DNA from: Octopus bimaculoides
Lineage: Eukaryota
Length of the DNA stretch: 44,405 nt
Assembly: GCF_001194135.2 (NCBI RefSeq)
Contig: NC_068984.1
Coordinates: 37,463,385-37,507,789 of the forward strand
Direction: 5' to 3'
A model generated the notes under the pieces. The model did not search any database. It was given only the letters and a program-made list of their open reading frames with translations, and had not been told where the DNA came from. Positions 23,700-35,276 of the stretch are shown piece by piece. The position numbers and the translations under genes are program-made. Position 1 is the stretch's first letter; every line of letters begins with the position of its first letter.

Positions 23700-26090
23700 A
23701 CACATATTACACTTTAAAAAATAAGTATCACAAAGGAATAGGAAACTTCAGGGGAAATATCAACAAAAGCCTTTATAACGAACTGCTTATGGAAATAACC
23801 ATAATCAACCAGAGGTACGGATAGTTGTCTCGCCAAAGGAATAAGGTAAGCCAAAGAAACCGGCGAGAGGAGTTTAACAATGGAGACAGGCGGTAGCTGG
23901 ATCTGTCTTATATGCAACAGATGCTCGATATAACTCCACAACTCAGTAGTACTCAAGCACTGGACGAATGCATGCAGGATGGGTTATTCATTCCGCGCAC
24001 ATCTTGAACAGCCCGGTTGACTTCCTTTCAGTACTTATAGAGTTTATCTCGAACCAGAAAGGCCCTTCGGTAGTAATGAAAGGTCAGGGATTTCTGGAAA
24101 TTAACCATGGGCCATAGACTAAAAGTCCTCTGGAACAGTCCAGTTAGTTTATTTTCGTCGACGCCTAGGGACGTTCCGAGAATGTTGTCGCTTCCGCTCA
24201 CCACTGAAGAACGCCAATGTGGAACTTCCACCAACTGATTACCTTACTAGTAGAGGTTTGCGAGCACATGATGAAATTCCAAATTTCAAGTACTTATTCT
24301 TGGTCTTCGCTTAACCCAGGACTGCTGCTATATCAAAAGGACTAACTGGGGGAAAACGTGCCTGAGCAAAGGAAACTACATCTGCTCACCGTTTAAGCAT
24401 CTCTGTAGTTGCTGCTATCGCATTTCATATTTTCGTATCAACATCTACGGCACACTGAACATTCTGTATCGAGGATGAATAGCTTGACTAATGGAACGCG
24501 TCCCTTTCAAAAGAAGCAAAAGAGAAGCTACGACTGTTTGGTGATACAAAATGTCGAGCAAAGCACATTGCACAGGTTTTAATATATCATGCAAGCGATA
24601 TGCGCGTTTGCCACATGTACCCGACCTTTCCGCGATACGTTTCTCCCAGCCTATTTCTGGTTAAGACTGGCCAATCGGCTGATAACTTTGTACTAGTTCC
24701 TATCCTCCTGGAAGTGTTGATTGCACCAGAACACAAGCAGCTCAGCCAGCCTAACTCTAACCCTAATCCTAACCCCAAATCTGCCTGATGTCTTAGACTT
24801 GCTTCTCCAAGTGCCGAGTTAAAAATCTCTCTCCCCTCTATCTCTCTCTCTCTATCTCTCTCTATCTCTCTTTCTCTCTCTCTCTATCTCTCTCTCTCTC
24901 TCTCTCACTCTCTCTCTCTCCCTCTCTCTCTCTCATACAACTTGGAATGAGATGCCTCTCAAAAACTCCGCAATTCCAGTTTCTGTTGTATTGGCCCAAG
25001 TGCCAATGTATACAAAAAGATTAGCAAGTGCAGACTTGGCAGACCGGGTAAGTGGAACTGAAAAGTAGCCTTTTAGTCAGATCACTGAATAGGGATCGTT
25101 GTGCACTCAAGGGATTCACTCTCTGAGAATGGAACCAAATGCGACTGCCTAAACGACAGGAACCAAATAACAATAATTGACTCCTTCGAAATCATCCGAT
25201 TGGTCCAAGTTGACGAAATCGCTGTTTAATATTTATTCTCTATATGAGGTAGTGTGTGAGGCAGAGAGTGTTGAGGATAGACCTGGACAGCATAGCACAC
25301 TCTATCACAAGCGCCAACCTCTTCACGAACACCTTGGCAAAATTCTTGGACTTCTACTGAAGATTATCAATGACATCAGCCTTGTCCTCATTTTTTCCCC
25401 AGCAGTGCTATCTTTTTTCGGCTCATAGATCTAGGAATTCTACCGGTCTGCTGCCATTTGCAGTAGACGATAAGCTAAAACGCTAATTCACAACTTGTAG
25501 TTTTTCAGCGTCTGTAAACACGCGTTTGCTTCTAGTAATCTTTTATCTGTCAATGATTCCCATGTAAATCAATATTTGTGGTCTGATGGCATGTGCCAAC
25601 TGATTAAAATTGCTGACAAACACCCTATAGAGATACGATCTGGATGGTTTGATGCGGTTACCCAATAAGTGTGTAAACTGCAGTTATCTCCCACACTTTC
25701 TAGAATGTAAGATGTCCCCCCAAAAGCTTCTGTGCGCCAGAAAAATCCCGGTCATTCTGCCTTATCTGGCATAAAGGGTCATTAGTCTGAAGATATTAAC
25801 TTCAGAGGCCTTAATGTCCAGGTCCCCTGACTTACTATCCTAGTGCAAAAAGATTTCTCGTAATTTGAAATATTGGGATTTTCAGAATGAAAGCTTCCAC
25901 TCCATCATGAATCGTCGTCAAACATTGCGTGGGCTCCAGAAATTCCTGTCCTGCATATGGCTTACATATCTCTGCCTGATGTCGTTGCTTGATGTCAGTG
26001 AGCAAGGAAACTTGGATCGAAGCCAACCCCAGACCACAAACAATTATACCTCTCGCTCCAGGAGTATCCATGTTAGTTGATTAAAGAAAA
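23700..26090 (-). mobile_element. L1/Tx1-clade non-LTR retrotransposon ORF2 relic
   Basis: Ordered minus-strand motifs: VYCKWQQTGRIPRSMSR, KNFAKVFVKRL, VNLDQSDDFEGVNYCYL (LDQSKAFD-like), LYTLALGP..KLE..LRGI, LGTWRSK, SRKGRVHVANAHIACMIY, F*KGRVPLV, LHAFVQC..LWSYIEHLL. Many stops and frameshifts. The boundary above about 25700 is uncertain. Confidence 0.8.
24826..24934. repeat. (CT)n/(CTAT) microsatellite inside the L1/Tx1 relic
   Basis: Read directly from the sequence. Confidence 0.9.
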
Positions 26091-26629
26091 ATGAGAAGCT
26101 CGCTCAGTTTGGTCTTCGGGAAGGTGATATGATCCGGTCTTAGAAAGGCTTTCATTATTTCGACAAGGTTGTGAAGGACTCTTTAAGACTCTTTAGACAT
26201 TTTACAACAAAGTCTTTATTGAACGAAGTAATTATTTCTAAAGTCTTTATATGTACTTGCATCTGTTTCTAAAAGTAATTATTCTCTTTTGAGGAGTTAT
26301 TGATAGGATTTCATCAAACCCCGCCCATTTTGTGAGAATTTTTATCATTGAGGTTGCCTCCAGAATTGAATTTCTGTTGCTCTTTCGTACAACACTAAAT
26401 TTGAGGACGGGGTTTCTGGTTTGTGTTTGGCCGTATGTTTAGTAGTTGCTGTTGTTGTTCAAGCGCATAGGCACAAAGCCCGAAATATAGGTGGTATAAA
26501 ATAAGGTATATAGATACTGGGAGAATGAAAGGCACAGTCGATCTCAGCAAGATTTTGAAATCAAAACAATATTATTGTACCTAACTGTTGTGAGGGATTT
26601 TAGCTGACGCTCTAAAAGCATGGCATTAT

Positions 26630-26830
26630 ACCAACCAGTGAGAGGTCTTCTACACAGCCAGTTGACTCGCTAGAAATACCAGTCAAGCTACTCTTAACTG
26701 CCATTCCCCTTTAACAAATGACATTAAAAATGTAGCTAGCTCCAAATCGACGAGATAAGCTAGAGCATGGATGCCTTTGATCATTGGTTGAGCAGACCAG
26801 GTATGAAGTGGACTTAAGCAGCAAAAACAT
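26630..26830 (+). repeat. Degenerate interspersed repeat (SINE-tail-like), related to about 14300-14480, 21840-21915 and 38640-38800
   Basis: Shared degenerate motifs GACTC(G/A)CTAGAAAT..CAG and GCCTTTG..CAT.GGT.(T)GCTCA across the copies. Confidence 0.45.
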
Positions 26831-27286
26831 GATATTGCTGATATTCAAGGATAAATAAATATTCAAACATGCAAATAAACTGTCATGGAGTGAGAAACAT
26901 TTCTACTGTCTTTAACATGGAGTTTTCATGAGAGATTTAATTTTAAATATTCCAAGGACAAAGTGACCACTGAAAAAAAGGGGATAAAGTTTAATGAGTC
27001 ACTTCCAGTTCAGGTCTACTAAAATAGAAATGGCTAAAAATAACAACCAACAAAACAAGCAACAATACCATGTGCCAAAGATAGAAACCTGCAAGTCGTC
27101 GCTCAACTTGCTAGAAAGCACGGCCGAATCCTTCCTAAATGCATTCAACTGTCTAATGTATATACAAGGCATTACAATACAATGTTACAAATCCTTAAAA
27201 GGACAAGATGCTCATGTCTGGAATGACTTTCATCATACATCTGTTCGAGCATGACAAACACGAGGCTAAACTACAACGACCAACAG

Positions 27287-27335
<49 letters not shown>

Positions 27336-30300
27336 TATAAGGATAGTGGGAGTGAGAGTTAAGAAAATGAATGTGCATGCTGAGAAGGTTATTAAATTAG
27401 CTGAATAGGATTACTTGGCTACGACATACGGAGTGAGTGACCAATCAAATGAACACGATGTAATTAGCTGTATACATGGGCACATGTACTGCCATCTGTG
27501 TGTCTTTTTGTATAAGAAGGAAAATCTTTGAATATGTGTAATTATGGTTCACTCTGTGATTTGCAGAGTGTGTGTCTTCGTATGTTGATCTATTTTTGTG
27601 TTTCGAGTGTGTTTCTGTGTATGTGATTGTCTTTTTGAATGTTTGAGAATCTGATTTTATATTGCGCTTATGAATTCCTGTAAGAGTGCGCGTATATGCG
27701 TGCATGTGTGTGCGTATGCGTGTATGTATGGTATGTGTGTGTATGTGTGTGCGTGCGTGTGTGCTTAGGTGTATATGTGAACTAGCATTTAGATGTGTAT
27801 GCGTGTCTCTTTCAACAGATCAGTAAATATGTACTTGTGCGTATTTCCGAGTGTTTGAAGTTTAAGATAGAGAAGGACAAGAAGTACGAGAAAGAAAATT
27901 GAACGAAAGGCGGAGAAAATATAACGGAAACAGAAATGTAATTATCACGGGAAACTAGAAGTAGATAATGGAATCTTTTGTTAAGAGAGTGATTGCTGAC
28001 GAACCTGAGGTGAATCTGAAGATCTGATGGAGAGTTTAAAATAGATAACCAATACTTATTGCCATTTCCTTCTAGTTCTTTCTTTAACGAAAAATTCTTC
28101 CTTGGCTTCATTCTTGTTTTGATCAACATTTTAGCACAAGCAAAGTTTTGCTCACAGGACGCATCACCATGAGTAGCCACATGCTTGCGGTTTGTGAAGC
28201 GAATTTACTGATTCGTCTACGTATACTTTAAAATAGTTTTCTATATATTACGTGTTTATACTTTTATAGATAATTTCTTGCTAGAATGATAGTTCAAGAA
28301 TATTTATTGAAACTTTTCTATTTTATCTGTATTGTGGATAAAATCGAAAAATATAGGTTATTAAGATGACAAAGCCATACTATTATTCGTTATTATTTGC
28401 TTTCCACGCTCTAAGTATTCAACGTTTTGGTGACTAATTATTAATAAGTCTTGGCTAAATTTCACGAGCTTACTCATAAGGAGGAACTATATTGTCACAG
28501 TTTAAATAGTGAACTGTCGTTTTGTTGACAGTTTGTTAAACTGTTAATACTTAATCTTAGAGCAAGAATACATGTAAGTGTTGATGGCTCTTTTACCTTT
28601 AGTTGAAACTGTGCTTTATTAGTAATTCATACTAAAATGTCTGTACGCTTTCAATAGGAGAGAATATTTTTGATCGGGGATTAGTTGCTACAGTAACTTC
28701 AAAGTAATTACGTATTTTATTGTTGACATTGATTTAGGATTAATTTCTAGCTGAATTTAACATCTACTTCACTACTTTGGGATTTTTTTCTTCTATCTCC
28801 TTGTTACAAAATATGACTTCAAATTATGGTTGCCATAGAAACACAAAACCACTCATTCTATTGCTCATTTAAGAGTAAGAAAAGAAGAGTTAAATGTCTT
28901 CCTTAAAAATGTACTGAGACACTTGCAGAATGCAGACATATGCGAACTCATGAAGGGGTTGACAGTTTACTGTTTGTAATATTGCTACGAATAAAGCTAA
29001 CTTTGAAATAATTTGTAACAATTCCATGCATTTGTTTATTCAATAGTCAGTGTATGCAGTGGTAAGCAATGTGTTTTGTGAGCATGAAGTAGTTTCTATA
29101 TGCTTTATAATTTCAAAATTCCAGCATTCATAAAACCTAACATCCGAATATGATGTCAAAAACGCATTTTAGTTATTATTTTATTCTTTTTTTTATATTT
29201 ATCTTTTAACTTTTAAAGAGTAACAGTAAATTTAGTCCAGAATACCGTAGGAAAAGGAAATTAGATTTAATATGACCTTTGTCAGAACGAAAGAGGTTAG
29301 AATAAATTCAGATATCCTTTGGGTTTATGTGAATGCAGCACTTCGAACTTTTGAAGTTAATTCATGTCATTCCCCATATAGATTTACCCAAGAGAAAAGA
29401 AAATATGGAATTTGAAAGAAAAAAAATTATAATTATAGCGTTAGATATGAGTCAAATAATGACTAACAGGTTTCTTTGAATAAAACAAAATTTTCTGCAC
29501 GAGAGCCAAATACAACTACCCAAGGAATTCTAAACTTTCTGGCCAATAATTGAAATAATAACTGCCAGCTATTCGTTATATAATTGACCAAAGGAAAGAA
29601 TGAAAGTCCTACAGGTCATTTTATATTCTTCAGAAAATCATTTCTCTTCGAAACACTTTGGCAATGTTAGAGATGAATATAAATTTGCTAATTATTTCTA
29701 CTATTCTCTGATATGTTACGAGTTCTATTCGTCTTCCAACGGTGAAGCAAAATAATTCTAAACGGATTCAGGAGAATAAATTTATTACTAAACAGCTAGT
29801 TAGTCGAGACGATTAGTATACTGGTCATATTAAATATTTCTTTCATGAAAATTTAATGAAATATTTTAATGAATATTATATTAATTAGGTACATCAAACT
29901 AGTTTAAACATCAGAACGCTTAGAAATGTAGTCATTATTACCTCCTCTATTACCTGAGCATTGATGGAAGAACTTTCTTAAATTAGGCAACCTTTATGGT
30001 TATCAAACACTGATACAAAGATACTTTTTTTGACGGTAGTTCTATACTCACTTTATAAGCCACAAACACATATTTATCAACATTTTTTTCAGTGCCTTAC
30101 TATAGTTGCCAACTTATGACTCATAGGATGCATATAATTGATACTGTTATCTATTGTGACGTGCCTGCTGTCAGAAATAGTGATTTTGAAAGTAGAAAAG
30201 GCCTTAGATTTCAGAGACGAGTAGAGTCGATTGGACTAATTTCAGTAATCTATTGTATTTATTTCATCAATCCGAGAACGATAAAAGCAAGCTTAACCAT

Positions 30301-31734
30301 AGCAGGATTTGAATTTAAAAGTAAGCAACTATATACTGAGAAGCATGTTGTCTGTCATTGTATCAATCCTTCCAAACCACTTCCCTTTGCTTTTAGTAAT
30401 ATTGATTTATTCTTATAATAGACACTATATAGCAAGAGAAAGGTTCCTGGCTTGATGAAACCAAACCACGGTTTTCATTCTTGGTTGATTCAAGTCCATT
30501 TTCGGTTACGCTTCTAATAAACCTTGAAGAAGGTTAAATATCGTGGTAATCCGTTTGCTTCAACTGAATTACAGAACCTTTAAATTTTATGATAAACAAA
30601 GCGACGGTAGTTTCTTAATTTCAATATTTTATGGGCGAGTACGTAGTTGATTGAATCAACTAACGCAAAAATCGCATTTATTTTATCAACCTGAAAGGTA
30701 ACTGATATCGGAACGGATAAGCAAGATACTAAATACTGTAAAACATTTACCGTGCACTCTTCAGCTTCTGGCACCGCGCCACACTTCAGAATTCAAGAAT
30801 ATTTGTTAATTATATTAGTATTCGGCCAAAAGTTGTAATCGAGTCAATAAAAACAATTGAGTCAAAGCTGCTATGTTACTGTATCTTATTGACACCGAAG
30901 ATGTATATACAAACGTAAATGTCGGTCAAAATGTAAAAGAATAAATCTAAATACAATGAGACAATTAACTCGGCATCCTGTCGGTTTTGATTATGAAGAT
31001 GTCATTGATGTGAGATGTTATCTTTGTCACGTTCGGCTAGATAAAAAAAAGACTCAGACTATGAGGCCTAATTGAAGTTAAATGAAAACCTGAGCGGAAT
31101 TAAAAGATGTATTTCGCGAATGTATTTCAAGCTAACAAGAGTTGTAATTTTCTGGTTTGATAATTTTAATGACTTTTGCATTGACAAAAAGTTCAAAATT
31201 TACATATGATAAATTTCCATTGCTGTTGCTTATTTTCTTAACCTCTCAGGGATGATAACCAAAGCCGACTCAGCATATAAAAGAAGAGAACTAAACTCGG
31301 ACGCGTTTCTGATAACTCCCATCTTTGAATTCAGTCAGAATGCCATCATAAAATCTGACAAGAGAGTTAAGCATTAAATTTGTTATTTTCAGTATACAAA
31401 ACAGAGCTCACATTCTAAAATAATGTGTTCAGTTCACTTTTTAATTACTCGAAGAATAGCAACTACGGCTGTTCATTAAATGAGTTCATAAAGCATGAGC
31501 CTGATAATAGGAATATCAAGTGACCAAAAAATCAATATTCAATACTTCGTGCAGTAATGCAGATTCATAGATTTGTATAAGTGATATCATAGATATTTTA
31601 TTGAACCGATCTCAATATATGACTGGTATACTTATATTAACGACGACGGGGCGTTAAAAGACTGCCGTTGAGCTGATTGGCATTTCACGTTGAGAAACAA
31701 AATACAGAATGGCATTTAGTCTGAAGTACTGCTG

Positions 31735-31866
31735 TTACAGTTACTCCACCGACTTAGTTAACTTGGTATGTTACCTACTTACAGTTACTCCACCGACTTA
31801 ATTAACTTGGTATGTTACTTACTTACAGTTACTCCACCGACTTAGTTAACTTGGTATGTTACTTAC
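31735..31866 (+). repeat. 44-bp minisatellite, 3 copies
   Basis: Unit TTACAGTTACTCCACCGACTTAGTTAACTTGGTATGTTAC(C/T)TAC starts at 31735, 31779 and 31823, with 1-2 differences between copies. Confidence 0.95.
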
Positions 31867-31954
31867 AAAGAGTCGGTCGATTCAGTAGCCTGTCGATATT
31901 TTAGCCAGTTGGTGTACGGTTCGAGTCTCTTCATCGACTCTAAGGTCGCAATTG

Positions 31955-31994
31955 TCTCCCTCTCTCTCTCCCTCTCTCTCTCACTCCCTCTCTA

Positions 31995-32055
<61 letters not shown>

Positions 32056-32173
32056 GTCTCTTCCAGAGAATACTTCAACTCTAATCAGTTGCTAACCTGT
32101 AAAAAATGTCAACTAATAACCACAGTCGAATACTACTCGCGTGCTTTGGGACGGGGTATACTACTGACGGTGG

Positions 32174-32220
<47 letters not shown>
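31955..32220. repeat. (CT)n tract (31955-32051) and (GAT)n tract (about 32175-32219)
   Basis: Read directly from the sequence. Confidence 0.9.
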
Positions 32221-34106
32221 CTTCTGTAACTACTTCTGTTGCACCTGCTACGTATACAAACATTCTAGGGCGCACTCGAAAGAAAAAATCATCCCACTAA
32301 ATGGCAAAGCTTATTCACCAACCAACTGACATCCTTTGACATACGTCACGTTTTCTCCAATACTTGCCTATTTTGACCTATCTAGTTACATACCACATTC
32401 ATCCAGGACCATCGAAATTTGTCTGATATCATTTCGCCTACCTTATAGTTTCCTACCGCTAATGCACTGCACTAGTCACTATACCACTTCATAACATCAA
32501 CCGTCTTGAAATACTCGTTCCGACCCACATTGATCTCACCAGTTTCGGTGTGTCTGCAAAGATTATGATCACTGCCCCGATTCTTGACTAAGTCCTAATA
32601 AATATGTCTCTCCATGTTTTGCGTTTTGTCCTAGGCCAAATCACTTTACATTTCTCATCGATACTTTGTGCTTTTTATGCTTAACGAAGAGCTAGAGACA
32701 CATTATCGTTAGCTTTCGAATTATGCACAAACTTAACATCCTGAAATCGAGTTATACGATTGATGATATTGACGAAATTATGTAAGGAATATGGACTTGT
32801 CTCTCTATTGAAAGAGTAACTGGGTTAATATCAAGGCGGTGATTGTGTGTCCCGTTATGAAAGCAACAATCTTATAATCAATATACAGCACCTTCTAAAG
32901 CTGAAATAATTGTTGATGCAGCAGGATTTTATCTCTTCTGTCCGTGGTGTCACATATTATCAGAAACGGCCCGAAGGGTTTATATTTAGCACTACCAAGC
33001 TTAAAATATGTACATCGGAGAATATACGTCGTTGATAGTTGCAGAGAATAGCGACACTAGATAACTAACAAAGACTCCTTTATTTGGTTTATATTATTGC
33101 ATTTTTTATATTTTTAATTTTTTTTAATTTTTTACTTATAATTTTTTTAACTTCGAAACCTTCGGTCGAAACATCTTATACTTGAAAAGAGAAATGTTCC
33201 AACAATAGCAACGACAAAGGCGACTGGAGTATCAGTTTGAGAAAAGAGAGAATACATATGCGTGTTTAATGAACTCTTGAATTACGTATAGTTTAGTGAT
33301 TTAGAATGTTAAGATCGAATCCTAAGAAGGTCAGTTTCTAAAGCATAGAGAGCGTTGTGTGGAGAACTTGGAAAGCAAAGACTGCCATTAGAATTTGATT
33401 TCCATTTCACTTAACGACATGATACGCATATATTCTATTACTGCACCCCATGAAGTAATTACGGTTAAACTGATATTTATGGATAATTCGGATCATGAAA
33501 GATCGAGTAATTAACTCCGTATACGTATATCAGCCTATCATATAAGTTAAATGAATATTCATTAAATACCAATGTATATGATTTTCTCTATTAACTTCAT
33601 TCTTCTATCTTCTGCGTTCAACTATTATTAAGTATATCTTTGGCCTCTCATAATTTCTGAGTCTATACAGTCATGTGCAGCGGTCAAAACTATACCCCTT
33701 TCTGAAAGACTATTTTTAAGTTCTTCCTGAAAGATACATGATATCGTTCTGATTTCAGAAATCATTATAATAAAGGACGATTCAAAAGTTCGCTTTACCA
33801 CAGATTTTGCTCCCTTCTCACTAAATTCATTTCCTACCCGATCCTAGTCTTCTCATTGCATACTACGGCTTACGGATTCCAAGATAGCAGGTTTATATCT
33901 TATGGGCCACGTTTGAAGCCGCCCGAACCACTTCGGTATTTCAACGAGGTATGTTCGGACGTTGGCACAGAATTATCGTTATGCTGTGCCATGTTTAAGA
34001 GCATAAATATTTATCTATCCTTTGATAATGACATTTTCATACATACATATACACACACACACTCATACACACACACACTCATACGCACACACACTCATAC
34101 ACACAC

Positions 34107-34155
<49 letters not shown>

Positions 34156-35232
34156 NNNNNNNNNNNNNNNNNNNNNNNNNNNNNNNNNNNNNNNNNNNNN
34201 NNNNNNNNNNNNNNNNNNNNNNNNNNNNNNNNNNNNNNNNNNNNNNNNNNNNNNNNNNNNNNNNNNNNNNNNNNNNNNNNNNNNNNNNNNNNNNNNNNNN
34301 NNNNNNNNNNNNNNNNNNNNNNNNNNNNNNNNNNNNNNNNNNNNNNNNNNNNNNNNNNNNNNNNNNNNNNNNNCACAGCAAAATATCATAAATACAATTT
34401 TAAATATATAGAGACAGAAAGTAAAATAATATAAAATACACATTTTACACATCATTTAGATACTAAAGGTTCCTTTCAATCACCCAATATTTTCTACATC
34501 GATGAAACCTATGGTATCAAACATAACATCATTGAATTTTTCGCTTGATAATAGGTCTTGGAGTAGTCTCTATTAAGAAATCGAAATCGTGTATGGTACA
34601 TGGTTTTCTGAGACAATAGCACACCACTATGAAAACAGACATGATACTATATAAAATGAAATATCATAAACCTACTCTACTCATCAAAATATGATACCAT
34701 CTCTTTATACAGCTAGTGTTCCAAAATGTTACAAATGTTATGTAGTTGCTCTTCAATTCTTTTATGTTTACTAGTATATTCTTTTCCCTAAAGCAAATAT
34801 TCACTTATATATATTAACCCACCAACCTACCCTTCGATCGTTCAATCTGTCTCTCTTTTTCTACGTATTTATTTATTCATTCATTTACCTTTGTAAAAGT
34901 GTATTATTTAAGATGTGTACTTATGTTTCTCGATGATATTCAAAACAGTAGAAATATATGTGCAATCAGGCATATATTGGTTTTGTGATAAATATTTATT
35001 TTTTCCATTCGTTTGTTTTTGTGCGTGAGTATTTGCGCACGCATGTATGTACAATTGCTTCTATGTTTTTGTGTCTCGAAGTATCTGAGAATATATCTTT
35101 AACTATTCGAGGATATTTTTCTCTTCTATCCTTCTCTGAGTATATGTAGGTAATTTATACACACAAACACAGAGACACGCACATACACACACCTCATATA
35201 CATAAATAAGTATATGTGTACATGTATATATG

Positions 35233-35276
<44 letters not shown>

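Noticed and set aside
27812-28180. 122-aa minus-strand ORF with a weak zinc-finger-like look (KHVATH..CEQNF)
   Set aside because: No proper C2H2 spacing or linker, and the C-terminal half is low-complexity.
31290-31345. GAAACGCGTC palindrome on the minus strand with an upstream CTGACTGA
   Set aside because: No stem II closing at the core and no stem I.
31735-31866. Possible CRISPR-like array
   Set aside because: The units are directly adjacent with no unique spacers, the context is eukaryotic and there are no cas genes.
33140-33185. ACC-TTC-GGT-CGAAACATC, a possible relic hammerhead
   Set aside because: The CUGANGA core is absent and stem III does not pair.
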